A stretch of 64,000 nt of DNA, taken from positions 3,072,001 to 3,136,000 of the forward strand of contig OZ240219.1 in assembly GCA_965197645.1 (NCBI GenBank), in the 5' to 3' direction. The notes under the pieces were generated by a model, which saw nothing but the letters and a program-made list of their open reading frames with translations, was not told the origin of the DNA and did no database searches. This stretch comes from Dehalococcoidia bacterium (GTDB lineage Bacteria > Chloroflexota > Dehalococcoidia > Plut-88900). How positions within the stretch are numbered: the stretch's first letter is position 1; the number at the start of each line of letters is the position of its first letter. The position numbers and the translations under genes are program-made. Below, piece after piece: positions 11,794 through 19,604 of the stretch.

Positions 11794-12686
11794 ACGCCAA
11801 TTATGTCCTAGACATGAAAGAATGGGGATCGGGAAGCGTTGCTTTGTGGGGAGCAGTGAGGCCGGTATTTGACACAGCTGGCCAACCTATAGATGAGGGG
11901 GTGCACGTTCATGCTCGCTATTCGATTGGGGCCGAAAAAGAGGTCGACAACAATTTTGATCAGGTGGTAATCAAGAATTGGAAGGAGAACGAGAAGCCAT
12001 TAACCGTAACTGCACGGGCTGCCATTCATTATATGGTAGCTGCAGTCTTTAAACTGCAAATCAAGCGCATTCGGTGCCCTGCTTGCAAAAAACTTCACTT
12101 GGATCAGGGATGGTACAGTGTCAACCCTCATCAAAAGCACCTCTGTGGGAACTGTCAGCTGGTCTTTTTCGACGTAAGGGATGGAATAGGGAATCCTCTT
12201 GCGGAAATCGAAATACCACCTGACGCATTAGTTGCTCAACCGACACCTGTCGACCCGTTGGTATGCCGGCAGAAAGATTTCCCGGGAGGAATGCAAGTAT
12301 GGGGCACTAATCCTGCAATATTTTGGAAGAACCAAGAACGCGGACACACTGGTGTTCATGTTCACGCTTTCGATAAACACGGGAAATTTGCATTTGATGA
12401 AACTGTGCCTTCACTCAAAATTGATGGGATCTCTCTAGACGAGGACATGGTCCGCACATACATGGCGCAGTCTGTAGTTCCCCGCTTGCTCCAGAGGGTG
12501 CGCTTTATGAAATGTCTCAATTGCGGTCTTGACCATTTCGACAGCGGTTCTTTAGCGCACACACCCCACAGAGTCCACCGCTGCGATCATTGTCACAGCA
12601 AATTTGAGCACGCAGATGGGTCTGATTCCATCGGAAACCCTCTGGTCAATTCTATTGCTCGCCTCAAGCCTATGCGTCGTGACTGA
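11790..12686 (+). CDS. Uncharacterised protein with twofold internal repeat of GVHVHA and CxxC-H-D-PH-H-CxxC metal-binding motifs
   Basis: Repeats LWG/VWG, GVHVHA x2, CPACKKLHLD..PHQKHLCGNC / CLNCGLDHFD..PHRVHRCDHC, IGNPL x2; ATGA overlap with the upstream gene. Confidence 0.8.
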   Translation: MNANYVLDMKEWGSGSVALWGAVRPVFDTAGQPIDEGVHVHARYSIGAEKEVDNNFDQVVIKNWKENEKPLTVTARAAIHYMVAAVFKLQIKRIRCPACKKLHLDQGWYSVNPHQKHLCGNCQLVFFDVRDGIGNPLAEIEIPPDALVAQPTPVDPLVCRQKDFPGGMQVWGTNPAIFWKNQERGHTGVHVHAFDKHGKFAFDETVPSLKIDGISLDEDMVRTYMAQSVVPRLLQRVRFMKCLNCGLDHFDSGSLAHTPHRVHRCDHCHSKFEHADGSDSIGNPLVNSIARLKPMRRD

Positions 12687-12916
12687 TAGCTCTTCCCTTA
12701 ACCGTTAATCACCCAAGATTGATCCAAGCAAGTTTTTCCAAGCACGTCCTCCCCGCGCTGACACCCGATCAACTCCGTTACCATCCTGCCTCGAGACGTA
12801 ATCTACGGGGAAGGGTTCGTAGATCAGCCTGGGGCGGATTATCCTCCCCCCCTACTTTCCTGGACTAGAACCCGCTGCGATTTCTCCTATACATTGATAC
12901 ATTCACTTACAGGTAC

Positions 12917-13044
12917 ACCTCCCACGGAAAAGTTCGCAATCTAGTACGTACAGGTGTACTAAAGCGGGCTCGAACGTCTAAACGGAATCCTCGAGCCTGT
13001 GCCCGCTAACTAGGTGCGTATCCCAAGCCGGGTCTAGTCACTCC
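12917..13044. repeat. 128-bp island-end repeat, copy 1
   Basis: Gap-free alignment to 31770..31897 with 25 mismatches in 128 by manual count. Confidence 0.85.
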
Positions 13045-13173
13045 TGCTATGTCTTGGGGCGGGGGGCTCGTACATACCGCGGAGAGTGCCGAGTAAAATC
13101 CCCTTCCGCAATTTGTTGTGGTAAGAATTGTGGGAACGAATGGGCAAATGCGGCTGATTTATAGCTAAATTAG

Positions 13174-13194
13174 AATCCCACCCTCTCCGCCATC
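13174..13194 (+). mobile_element. att core: tRNA-Ser 3'-end fragment, copy 1
   Basis: AATCCCACCCTCTCCGCCATC is identical to 32032..32052. It has a T-arm 3' side, acceptor strand, G discriminator and CCA; an integrase follows. Confidence 0.85.
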
Positions 13195-13308
13195 AACCCT
13201 GCCAACTCTACCTTCTGTCGTTTCTTCCTGCTCCTATTTCGTAGCTAAACGACGCTGATCGATCCCCATTCGTCCCGTATACATCTCCTCTTATTGCACC
13301 TCAAATGT

Positions 13309-13452
13309 GAGCCTGTCTCAGAACCCTGCTTTGAGAGAGTCCAGAGGGAAACTTCCCTCTGGCAGGGGGCCTGGGGGGATGTTCCCCCAGCTACAAAACC
13401 TTCCGAGGGCGGGTGGTTGGGACTAAGACGTCCGTACTTTTGAGACAAGCTC
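13309..13452. mobile_element. MITE family A (144 bp)
   Basis: TIRs GAGCCTGTCTCA...TGAGACAAGCTC with ATGT on both sides (4-bp TSD); near-identical inverted copy at 55929. Confidence 0.9.
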
Positions 13453-13484
13453 ATGTGGGAACGTTTCGTTACAGAGGAGAACTG

Positions 13485-14071
13485 ATGGAGCTATCGGCGA
13501 CGCGAGTCCGGGCCCTAAAGAAACCGGGAAGATGCTTCGTAGCTAGGGCCTGAACCTATACATCAGCAAGGCGGGACGGAAGTTATGGGTCCTGCGAATT
13601 ACCATCGAAGGACGACGGTGTGATATTGGGCTGGGAGGATATCCATCGGTAAGCCTGGCCAGAGCTCGCGAGAAGGCATCGCAAGACCGGGCCGCCGTTG
13701 CTAACGGCCGCGATCCCGTAGCAGAGAAGCACGCTCCTCCTATGCCGACTTTCGAGGAAGCTGCCCCCACAGTACATGAGGAGAACAAACCCCGCTGGCG
13801 AAACGCTAGACATATAGCCAACTGGATGCAGACGCTGGAGCGTCACGGTATGCCAAAGCTCGGCAACACATCGCTGGACAGTATAGACCGGGGCGACGTG
13901 CTGGAAGTCCTCAAACGTATCTGGACGTCCAGGCCCGAGACGGCCCGAAGGGTGCGTCAACGGATGAGGACCGTCTTTAGGTGGGCCATGGCTCACGGGT
14001 TCATCGAGACCAACCCGGCAGGGGAAGCCATCGACGGAGCCCTGACGCCCATGCCCAAGGTGAAGGCACTC
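13485..14071 (+). pseudogene. P4/IntA-like tyrosine integrase, frameshifted and lacking the catalytic domain
   Basis: MELSATRVRALKKPGR, then frameshift to GLNLYISKAGRKLWVLR..IGLGGYPSVSLARARE (arm-binding domain), PTFEEAA, RPETARRVRQRM, NPAG; breaks after PKVKA. Confidence 0.9.
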
Positions 14072-14619
14072 TTGGCAGCACCGTTCTTGTAGTGCTCTTT
14101 CGGATAATTGACGATCCAGCACTTGTCACGCAAAGCGTAGAACGTAATGCCCTCCACGTATGTGTAGTAGCTGGTGTACGTTCGGTATGTCATACAGACA
14201 ACCACGTCGGCCACCAGCCTCGGCGGGTCTGTCTTCAGCTTGATCGACTTGTTGCCCTGCGACACCAAGCCGCTGCCGAACCCAGCTTCGAGGGCTCTAA
14301 GCGTCTCACGTCGAAAATCATTCCAATTATGGGAGGCCGGCTGGAATGACGAAGCGAGCAGCTCTTGTTCGTATTGAGAGATAGCACTCGCATCGTGGTG
14401 GAAAGCCGAGGTCAGTTCCAACACCACATCCACGTCGCTGTCTCCCCGGATGTTCGTATCGTTCCGGTATGACCCCTGCAAATAGAAGTCGTACGCCATA
14501 CCAGGAGGCCACGGGTGGTCATCCAACACCTGTCGAATAGCCTCATGAGTGCGCTTGGATGAGTCCTGGGGGCCGTGATGGGACCACCCACTAAGCTGAG
14601 ATTCCGGGATCGGCATCAT
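14072..14619 (-). pseudogene. CD-NTase (CdnE-like CBASS cyclic dinucleotide synthase), C-terminally truncated
   Basis: PIPESQL..WSH, LQGSYRNDTNIRGDSDVD, ADVVVC, WIVNYPKEHYKNGAAK, then runs into antisense integrase; GAGGAGG RBS. Confidence 0.88.
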
Positions 14620-14665
14620 TCCTCCTCAGTGCCATACGTTACCCCTGCAAGCCTAATTCAATAAG

Positions 14666-14714
14666 TTAACAATTGTTAAGCCGTGTTGACATATATTCAA
14701 ACCACTATTACACT
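14666..14714 (+). promoter_or_regulatory. Palindromic operator plus sigma70 promoter, probably leaderless transcript of the R-M operon
   Basis: TTAACAATTGTTAA (14666-14679); TTGACA(14686)-N17-TACACT; ATG 8 nt after the -10 box. Confidence 0.65.
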
Positions 14715-14722
14715 TTGAATAG

Positions 14723-15337
14723 ATGCCATCAATAGAAATGATCGCAGAAGTCTATCAGGGCCTCGCCCGGGCGGGGCGAGGGGCCGGAACACGGGCAGGT
14801 GACTGGAAGTTGCGGATCGTCGAAAGCAGCGACCTGCGCGATGACGGGTGGCTGGATGTTGATGACCTCCGGGAGGTCGGAGTTGTCCAGGGCGTCCGCA
14901 CCGAGCGGCACTTGCTGCGCCCCTTCGACGTATTGGTGACTGCACGCTCCGGGTCGGTCCAAATCGCGCTTGTGCCTCCCGGCGTGTCAAGGACCGTTGC
15001 GGGGATAACCGTGCTGGTAATGCGACCCAAGGCACCGGAGTCCGGTATGGGCCACTGGCTATGGTATTTCCTAACCTCAGCGTATGGCCGGGAGCAGCTA
15101 GCAAGGCGCGTGACGGTCACCGCCTCCCTCCGCTCTTTGTCGGCCAAGAGCCTGGGAGAGATCGATCTCCCCGTGCCCTCGGACCGAGATCTTGACGCAG
15201 TGGCCCGTTTCATGGAGGCGTCGGAGGCGGCGTATGCTAGGTCTGTCGAGGCGGCACGGCTGCGACGTGAGACCCTGCGTGACTCGATAGTCAACGAGCT
15301 AGGACGAAGGATCGAAACGGCAACCCACGCAAAGTAA
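14723..15337 (+). CDS. Short HsdS-like (single TRD) protein
   Basis: LRPFDVLVTARSG, LWYFLTSAYGREQL, SLSAKSLGEIDLPVPS, C-terminal helix; directly upstream of hsdM. Confidence 0.7.
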   Translation: MPSIEMIAEVYQGLARAGRGAGTRAGDWKLRIVESSDLRDDGWLDVDDLREVGVVQGVRTERHLLRPFDVLVTARSGSVQIALVPPGVSRTVAGITVLVMRPKAPESGMGHWLWYFLTSAYGREQLARRVTVTASLRSLSAKSLGEIDLPVPSDRDLDAVARFMEASEAAYARSVEAARLRRETLRDSIVNELGRRIETATHAK

Positions 15338-15349
15338 AGGAGAAGGCAG

Positions 15350-16879
15350 ATGCCGCTCACCACACAGGAGCTGGAGTCGAAACTATGGCAGGCCGCTGAC
15401 ATCCTGCGTGGACAGATCGATTCCGCCGACTACAAGAACTACATCTTCTCGATCCTCTTTTTGAAGCGGCTGTCTGACCGCTTCGACGAGGAGGTCAAGA
15501 ACGCCTTGGCCTCTGGCGTGGCCAGCGACGTGGCGCTCACCGACCGCGATGAGCACGAGTTCTTCGTTCCCGAGTCAGCACGATGGCCGGCTCTGGCAGG
15601 CGCTTCCATGAACCTCGGCGAGACCCTCAACATCGCCAGCCACTCCATCGAGGATGCCAACACTCCCAGGCTGGACGGCGTGCTATCGGCCACCAACTGG
15701 AATGACGAGTCGAAGCTCGGTAGCCCAGCCAACCGTGAACGCATCATCCGCAGCCTCCTCAACCACTTCAGCGGCCTGGATCTGCGGGACGAGAACCTGC
15801 GAGAGGACGGAGCCGGTGGGAACAACGTCCTCGGCGACGCTTACGAGTATCTGATCAACGAATTCGCCGACGACGCCGGGAAGAAGGGCGGCGAGTTCTA
15901 CACGCCTCGCTCGGTCGTGCGCCTCATCGTCGAGCTGCTCCAGCCCAGTGAGGGTATGCGCATCTGCGACCCCACAGCCGGCTCGGGAGGGATGCTCATA
16001 TACACCGCCCAGTACGTTCTGGAGCAAAGCGGCGACGTTCGCAACCTGGCCCTCCACGGCCAGGAGCGCAACCTGGGCACGCTCGCCATCGGCAAGCTCA
16101 ATCTTCTGCTTCACGGCCTTCGGTCCGCACGCCTTGAGGCCGGGGACATCATCGCAGAGCCGGGCCTGGTCGACATGTCAGGACGGCTCCTTTCATACGA
16201 TCGGGTCATCGCTAATCCTCCCTTTAGCCTCAAGAATTGGGGTCATGAATTTGCGCCCAGCGATCCTCACCACCGCTTCGACCGATACGGGGCCATCCCT
16301 CCCAGAACCAGGGGAGACCTGGCCTTCCTGCTGCATATGCTCAGTGTGACCAACTCCCAGGGCATGGTGGGCGTGGTCATGCCCCACGGGGTACTGTTCC
16401 GCGGCGGCTCGGAGGGTAAGATACGCCGCGGGATCGTCGAAGCCGACCTGTTCGAGGCGGTGATCGGTCTGGCTCCCAATCTCTTCTCCGGCGCCAGCAT
16501 CCCGGTGGCCATCTGCGTACTGAACAGGGCTAAGCCAGTAGAGAAGCGCGGCAAAGTCCTCTTTATCGATGCGGCTCAGCCGGGCTGCTTCCGCCAGGGC
16601 AAGGCCCGGAACTTCCTCGACAAAGAGCATATCGACCGGATCGTCGAGGCGCACAGCGCCTTTCAGGAAGTTGACCGCTTCGCCCATGTCGCCGACCTGG
16701 AGGAGATACAGGCGAACGATTTCAATCTGAACATCAGCCGCTACGTGGACACCACCGAGCCGGTGGAGGTGATGAGCGTCGAGGAAACCTTGGCGCAGCT
16801 GGGGAAGGCCGAGCGGCGTCGAGACGATGCTGTTGCCAAGATGGACGCGCTGCTGGCGGAATTAGGATACGATCGCTAA
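15350..16879 (+). CDS. hsdM: Type I R-M methyltransferase subunit (m6A)
   Basis: LWQAADILRG, GEFYTPRSV, DPTAGSGGML, IANPPF, PHGVLFRG, FNLNISRYV. Confidence 0.97.
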   Translation: MPLTTQELESKLWQAADILRGQIDSADYKNYIFSILFLKRLSDRFDEEVKNALASGVASDVALTDRDEHEFFVPESARWPALAGASMNLGETLNIASHSIEDANTPRLDGVLSATNWNDESKLGSPANRERIIRSLLNHFSGLDLRDENLREDGAGGNNVLGDAYEYLINEFADDAGKKGGEFYTPRSVVRLIVELLQPSEGMRICDPTAGSGGMLIYTAQYVLEQSGDVRNLALHGQERNLGTLAIGKLNLLLHGLRSARLEAGDIIAEPGLVDMSGRLLSYDRVIANPPFSLKNWGHEFAPSDPHHRFDRYGAIPPRTRGDLAFLLHMLSVTNSQGMVGVVMPHGVLFRGGSEGKIRRGIVEADLFEAVIGLAPNLFSGASIPVAICVLNRAKPVEKRGKVLFIDAAQPGCFRQGKARNFLDKEHIDRIVEAHSAFQEVDRFAHVADLEEIQANDFNLNISRYVDTTEPVEVMSVEETLAQLGKAERRRDDAVAKMDALLAELGYDR

Positions 16880-16945
16880 GGAGTTATGCGACCATAGTCA
16901 TGACCATGATATTGTTAGAGTATTCCAGAAGGGGGTGTGATGTAG

Positions 16946-17227
16946 ATGGCAATGGACGAGAAAATGGCAACGGGAACCAGGACCATAAAGGCATCCGAGT
17001 TCAAGGCCAAATGCCTGAAGCTAATGGATGAGGTGGCCGAGTCCGGCCGGGAGATTGTCATCACCAAGAACGGCAATCCCACAGCGCGGCTGGTTCCCTT
17101 CCGGGAACGGCCAAAAACACTCTTCGGCATCGACAGGGGCAAGCTGGAGATTCTTGGCGACGTCGTTTCCCCCCTGGACGTCGAGTGGGAAGCCGAGTCG
17201 AATCCTGACAGGGTGCTCAACCCATGA
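16946..17227 (+). CDS. Phd/YefM antitoxin
   Basis: IKASEFKAKCLKLMDEV..GREIVITKNGNPTARLVP. Confidence 0.92.
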   Translation: MAMDEKMATGTRTIKASEFKAKCLKLMDEVAESGREIVITKNGNPTARLVPFRERPKTLFGIDRGKLEILGDVVSPLDVEWEAESNPDRVLNP

Positions 17228-17622
17228 TTCTGCTGGACACTCATACGGCGCTCTGGCTCAGAGCGGGTGATTCCAGGCTGGGACCCATCGCCCGCGCAGT
17301 AATCCAGCGTGGCTGGGAATCCGACTCAGTTGGCCTGTCCGCAATCTCTTTCTGGGAGATAGCCATGCTGCGGGACAAAGGCCGCATAAGGTATCCCGAA
17401 GACGTGGGCCGGTGGCGGCAGGAACAGCTGGACCAGGGCCTGATCGAGATCCCCGTTGATGGAGAGATAGGACTCCGCGCCTACAGCCTGGCGGCCTTTC
17501 ACGGCGGTCCTGCCGACCGCATCATCGTGAGCACCGCCCTGGGAGGGCATCAGCTGCTGACCGGGGACGACCGTATCATCCGGTGGAACGGCGAGCTCAA
17601 CCGGCTGGACGCGAGGGAGTAG
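17224..17622 (+). CDS. vapC: VapC PIN-domain toxin
   Basis: ILLDTHTALW, SAISFWEI, PADRIIVSTA, LLTGD; ATGA coupled to the antitoxin. Confidence 0.92.
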   Translation: MILLDTHTALWLRAGDSRLGPIARAVIQRGWESDSVGLSAISFWEIAMLRDKGRIRYPEDVGRWRQEQLDQGLIEIPVDGEIGLRAYSLAAFHGGPADRIIVSTALGGHQLLTGDDRIIRWNGELNRLDARE

Positions 17623-17627
17623 CAAGC

Positions 17628-18938
17628 GTGGAAGGATTGAAGCCGCACAGTCCACAGGTCCCCGACGGCTGGCGGGTCGTCCGCTTAGGAGACAAATGTG
17701 ACTTCATACACGATGGAGATTGGATTGAGTCCAAGGACCAAGGAGGAAGCGATTATCGCCTATTGCAACTATCCAACATCGGCGTCGGTGAATTCATCGA
17801 GACCGGTGATTTTAGATGGATTACGCAGGCTACTTTTGACCGATTGAACTGCACAGAGATTGCCATAGATGACATCCTCACGGCGCGCATGCCAGATCCA
17901 ATAGGTAGAACTTGGTATGTATCCGCTTTGCCCTTACGCGCTATCACTGTGGTCGATATAGCAATTATTCGCACTAATGCAGATGCTTTGCATCCCAAAT
18001 TCCTATCCTATTTTCTCAATTGGGAGAAATGCCTTAGTCTGTTTGGTAGCATGGCTATAGGCACAACACGAAAGCGAATTCGCAGAACTGACATTGAACA
18101 GCTCGAAATCCTCCTCCCGCCCTTGCCGGAGCAGCGAGCCATCGCCGCGGTGTTGGACTCCATCGACGAGGCCATCGAGAGCACCAAGGCCGTCATCGCC
18201 GCCACGGAGCGCCTTCGAGATTCACTACTCCACGAGCTGCTCACCCGCGGCGTCCCCGGCCGGCACACCGAATGGAAGGACGCGCCGGGCGTCGGGACCA
18301 TACCGGCGTGCTGGGACGTGGTGCGGCTGGGGAAGGTGGCGGAGGTGGCTTCCTCACAGGCAGATCCTAGGGAGAATAGATTTCAACGCGCCCTGTTTGT
18401 TGCGCCGGATGACATCGAATCCGGCACAGGTAGATTGATTAGCAGGCGCACCGTTGCCGATGCGGCAGCAATCAGTGGCAAGTATCAGTTCAGCAAAGGG
18501 GACGTTCTCTATTCGAAGATTCGTCCTTACCTCATGAAGGTCTACATCCCGAGAGAGTCTGGTCTGTGCAGCGCAGACATTTATCCGCTAAGACCCAGCG
18601 CGGCTCTTGAACCGAGTTATTTGGCGGCCGTTCTCCTTACCCCACAGTTCGCGGCCTACACACGGACTTGCTCGGATAGGACCGGAATCCCCAAGGTTAA
18701 TCGTGTGGACCTGTTCAAGTATTCCCTATCGCTGCCACCACTTACCGAACAGCAGGTGATCGCCAACCTCTTGGACAGTGTGGACGACGCCATTAGTCGG
18801 GTACGGGAGGAGCGGGATGGCCTGCAAACACTAAAGACTTCCGCCGCGGACGCCCTGCTGACGGGGCGGGTGCGGGTAAGTGAAGACAAAATTTCCTCAC
18901 CCGGAACGCCCATAGATTCGGAATGCCCTGCTCCTTAG
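17628..18938 (+). CDS. hsdS: Type I R-M specificity subunit
   Basis: VPDGWRVVRLG and IPACWDVVRLG repeats, LPPLPEQRAIA / LPPLTEQQVIA, two TRDs. Confidence 0.95.
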   Translation: MEGLKPHSPQVPDGWRVVRLGDKCDFIHDGDWIESKDQGGSDYRLLQLSNIGVGEFIETGDFRWITQATFDRLNCTEIAIDDILTARMPDPIGRTWYVSALPLRAITVVDIAIIRTNADALHPKFLSYFLNWEKCLSLFGSMAIGTTRKRIRRTDIEQLEILLPPLPEQRAIAAVLDSIDEAIESTKAVIAATERLRDSLLHELLTRGVPGRHTEWKDAPGVGTIPACWDVVRLGKVAEVASSQADPRENRFQRALFVAPDDIESGTGRLISRRTVADAAAISGKYQFSKGDVLYSKIRPYLMKVYIPRESGLCSADIYPLRPSAALEPSYLAAVLLTPQFAAYTRTCSDRTGIPKVNRVDLFKYSLSLPPLTEQQVIANLLDSVDDAISRVREERDGLQTLKTSAADALLTGRVRVSEDKISSPGTPIDSECPAP

Positions 18939-18949
18939 GTGCTAGATCA

Positions 18950-19240
18950 ATGAACAGAGACCAGGTTCTGAACACGCTTAAGAAACACAAGCCGACTCTT
19001 GAGAGGCGGTTCGGGGTAACTCGCCTTGCCCTCTTCGGTTCCTTCGCTCGTAACCAGGCCACAGATAAGAGTGACGTGGACATCCTGGTGCGGTTTTCCA
19101 GCCCACCGGATTGGCGCACATACTTCGGCGCCCAATTCTACCTGGAAGACCTGCTGGGACGATCAGTGGACCTCGCAACCGACCGTGAGCTACGCCACGA
19201 AATTCGACCCTACGTAGACAGGGAGGCGATCTATGTGTGA
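18950..19240 (+). CDS. Minimal nucleotidyltransferase (MNT) antitoxin
   Basis: LFGSFARNQATDKSDVDILV (GS-x10-DxD), LEDLLGRSVDL. Confidence 0.93.
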   Translation: MNRDQVLNTLKKHKPTLERRFGVTRLALFGSFARNQATDKSDVDILVRFSSPPDWRTYFGAQFYLEDLLGRSVDLATDRELRHEIRPYVDREAIYV

Positions 19241-19604
19241 CGCTGGGCACTCAGGGCGTGAGTGGCGCTTCTACGTTCGGGACATGATTGAGTTTGGGGG
19301 GAAAGTACTTACCTTCACAGACGGTTTGGACCAGAAGGCATTTGTTGCCGACGCACTCATTTACGACGCGACCTTGCGCAACATCGAACTAATCGGCGAA
19401 GCGGCGACACACGTTCCAGCCAGCGTGCGAGATTCACATCCCGATATACCGTGGCGTGCGATTGTGGGAGCTCGTAATCAGCTTGCACACAGCTACTTGG
19501 ACATCAGCGACAGCGTCATCTGGTCTATTGTTCAAGACGCTATCCCCAATCTGCTGCCTCAACTGAGGAAACTCTTGGATGATATGGAGCACCCGTCCCC
19601 ATGA
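19233..19604 (+). CDS. HEPN (DUF86) RNase toxin
   Basis: IELIGEAA, IPWRAIVGARNQLAHSY (R-x4-H-x-Y). Confidence 0.93.
   Translation: MCDAGHSGREWRFYVRDMIEFGGKVLTFTDGLDQKAFVADALIYDATLRNIELIGEAATHVPASVRDSHPDIPWRAIVGARNQLAHSYLDISDSVIWSIVQDAIPNLLPQLRKLLDDMEHPSP

Noticed and set aside
13174-13194. Complete tRNA gene at either att site
   Set aside because: Only the 3' ~19 nt are present; upstream DNA has no complementary acceptor strand, D-arm or anticodon arm.
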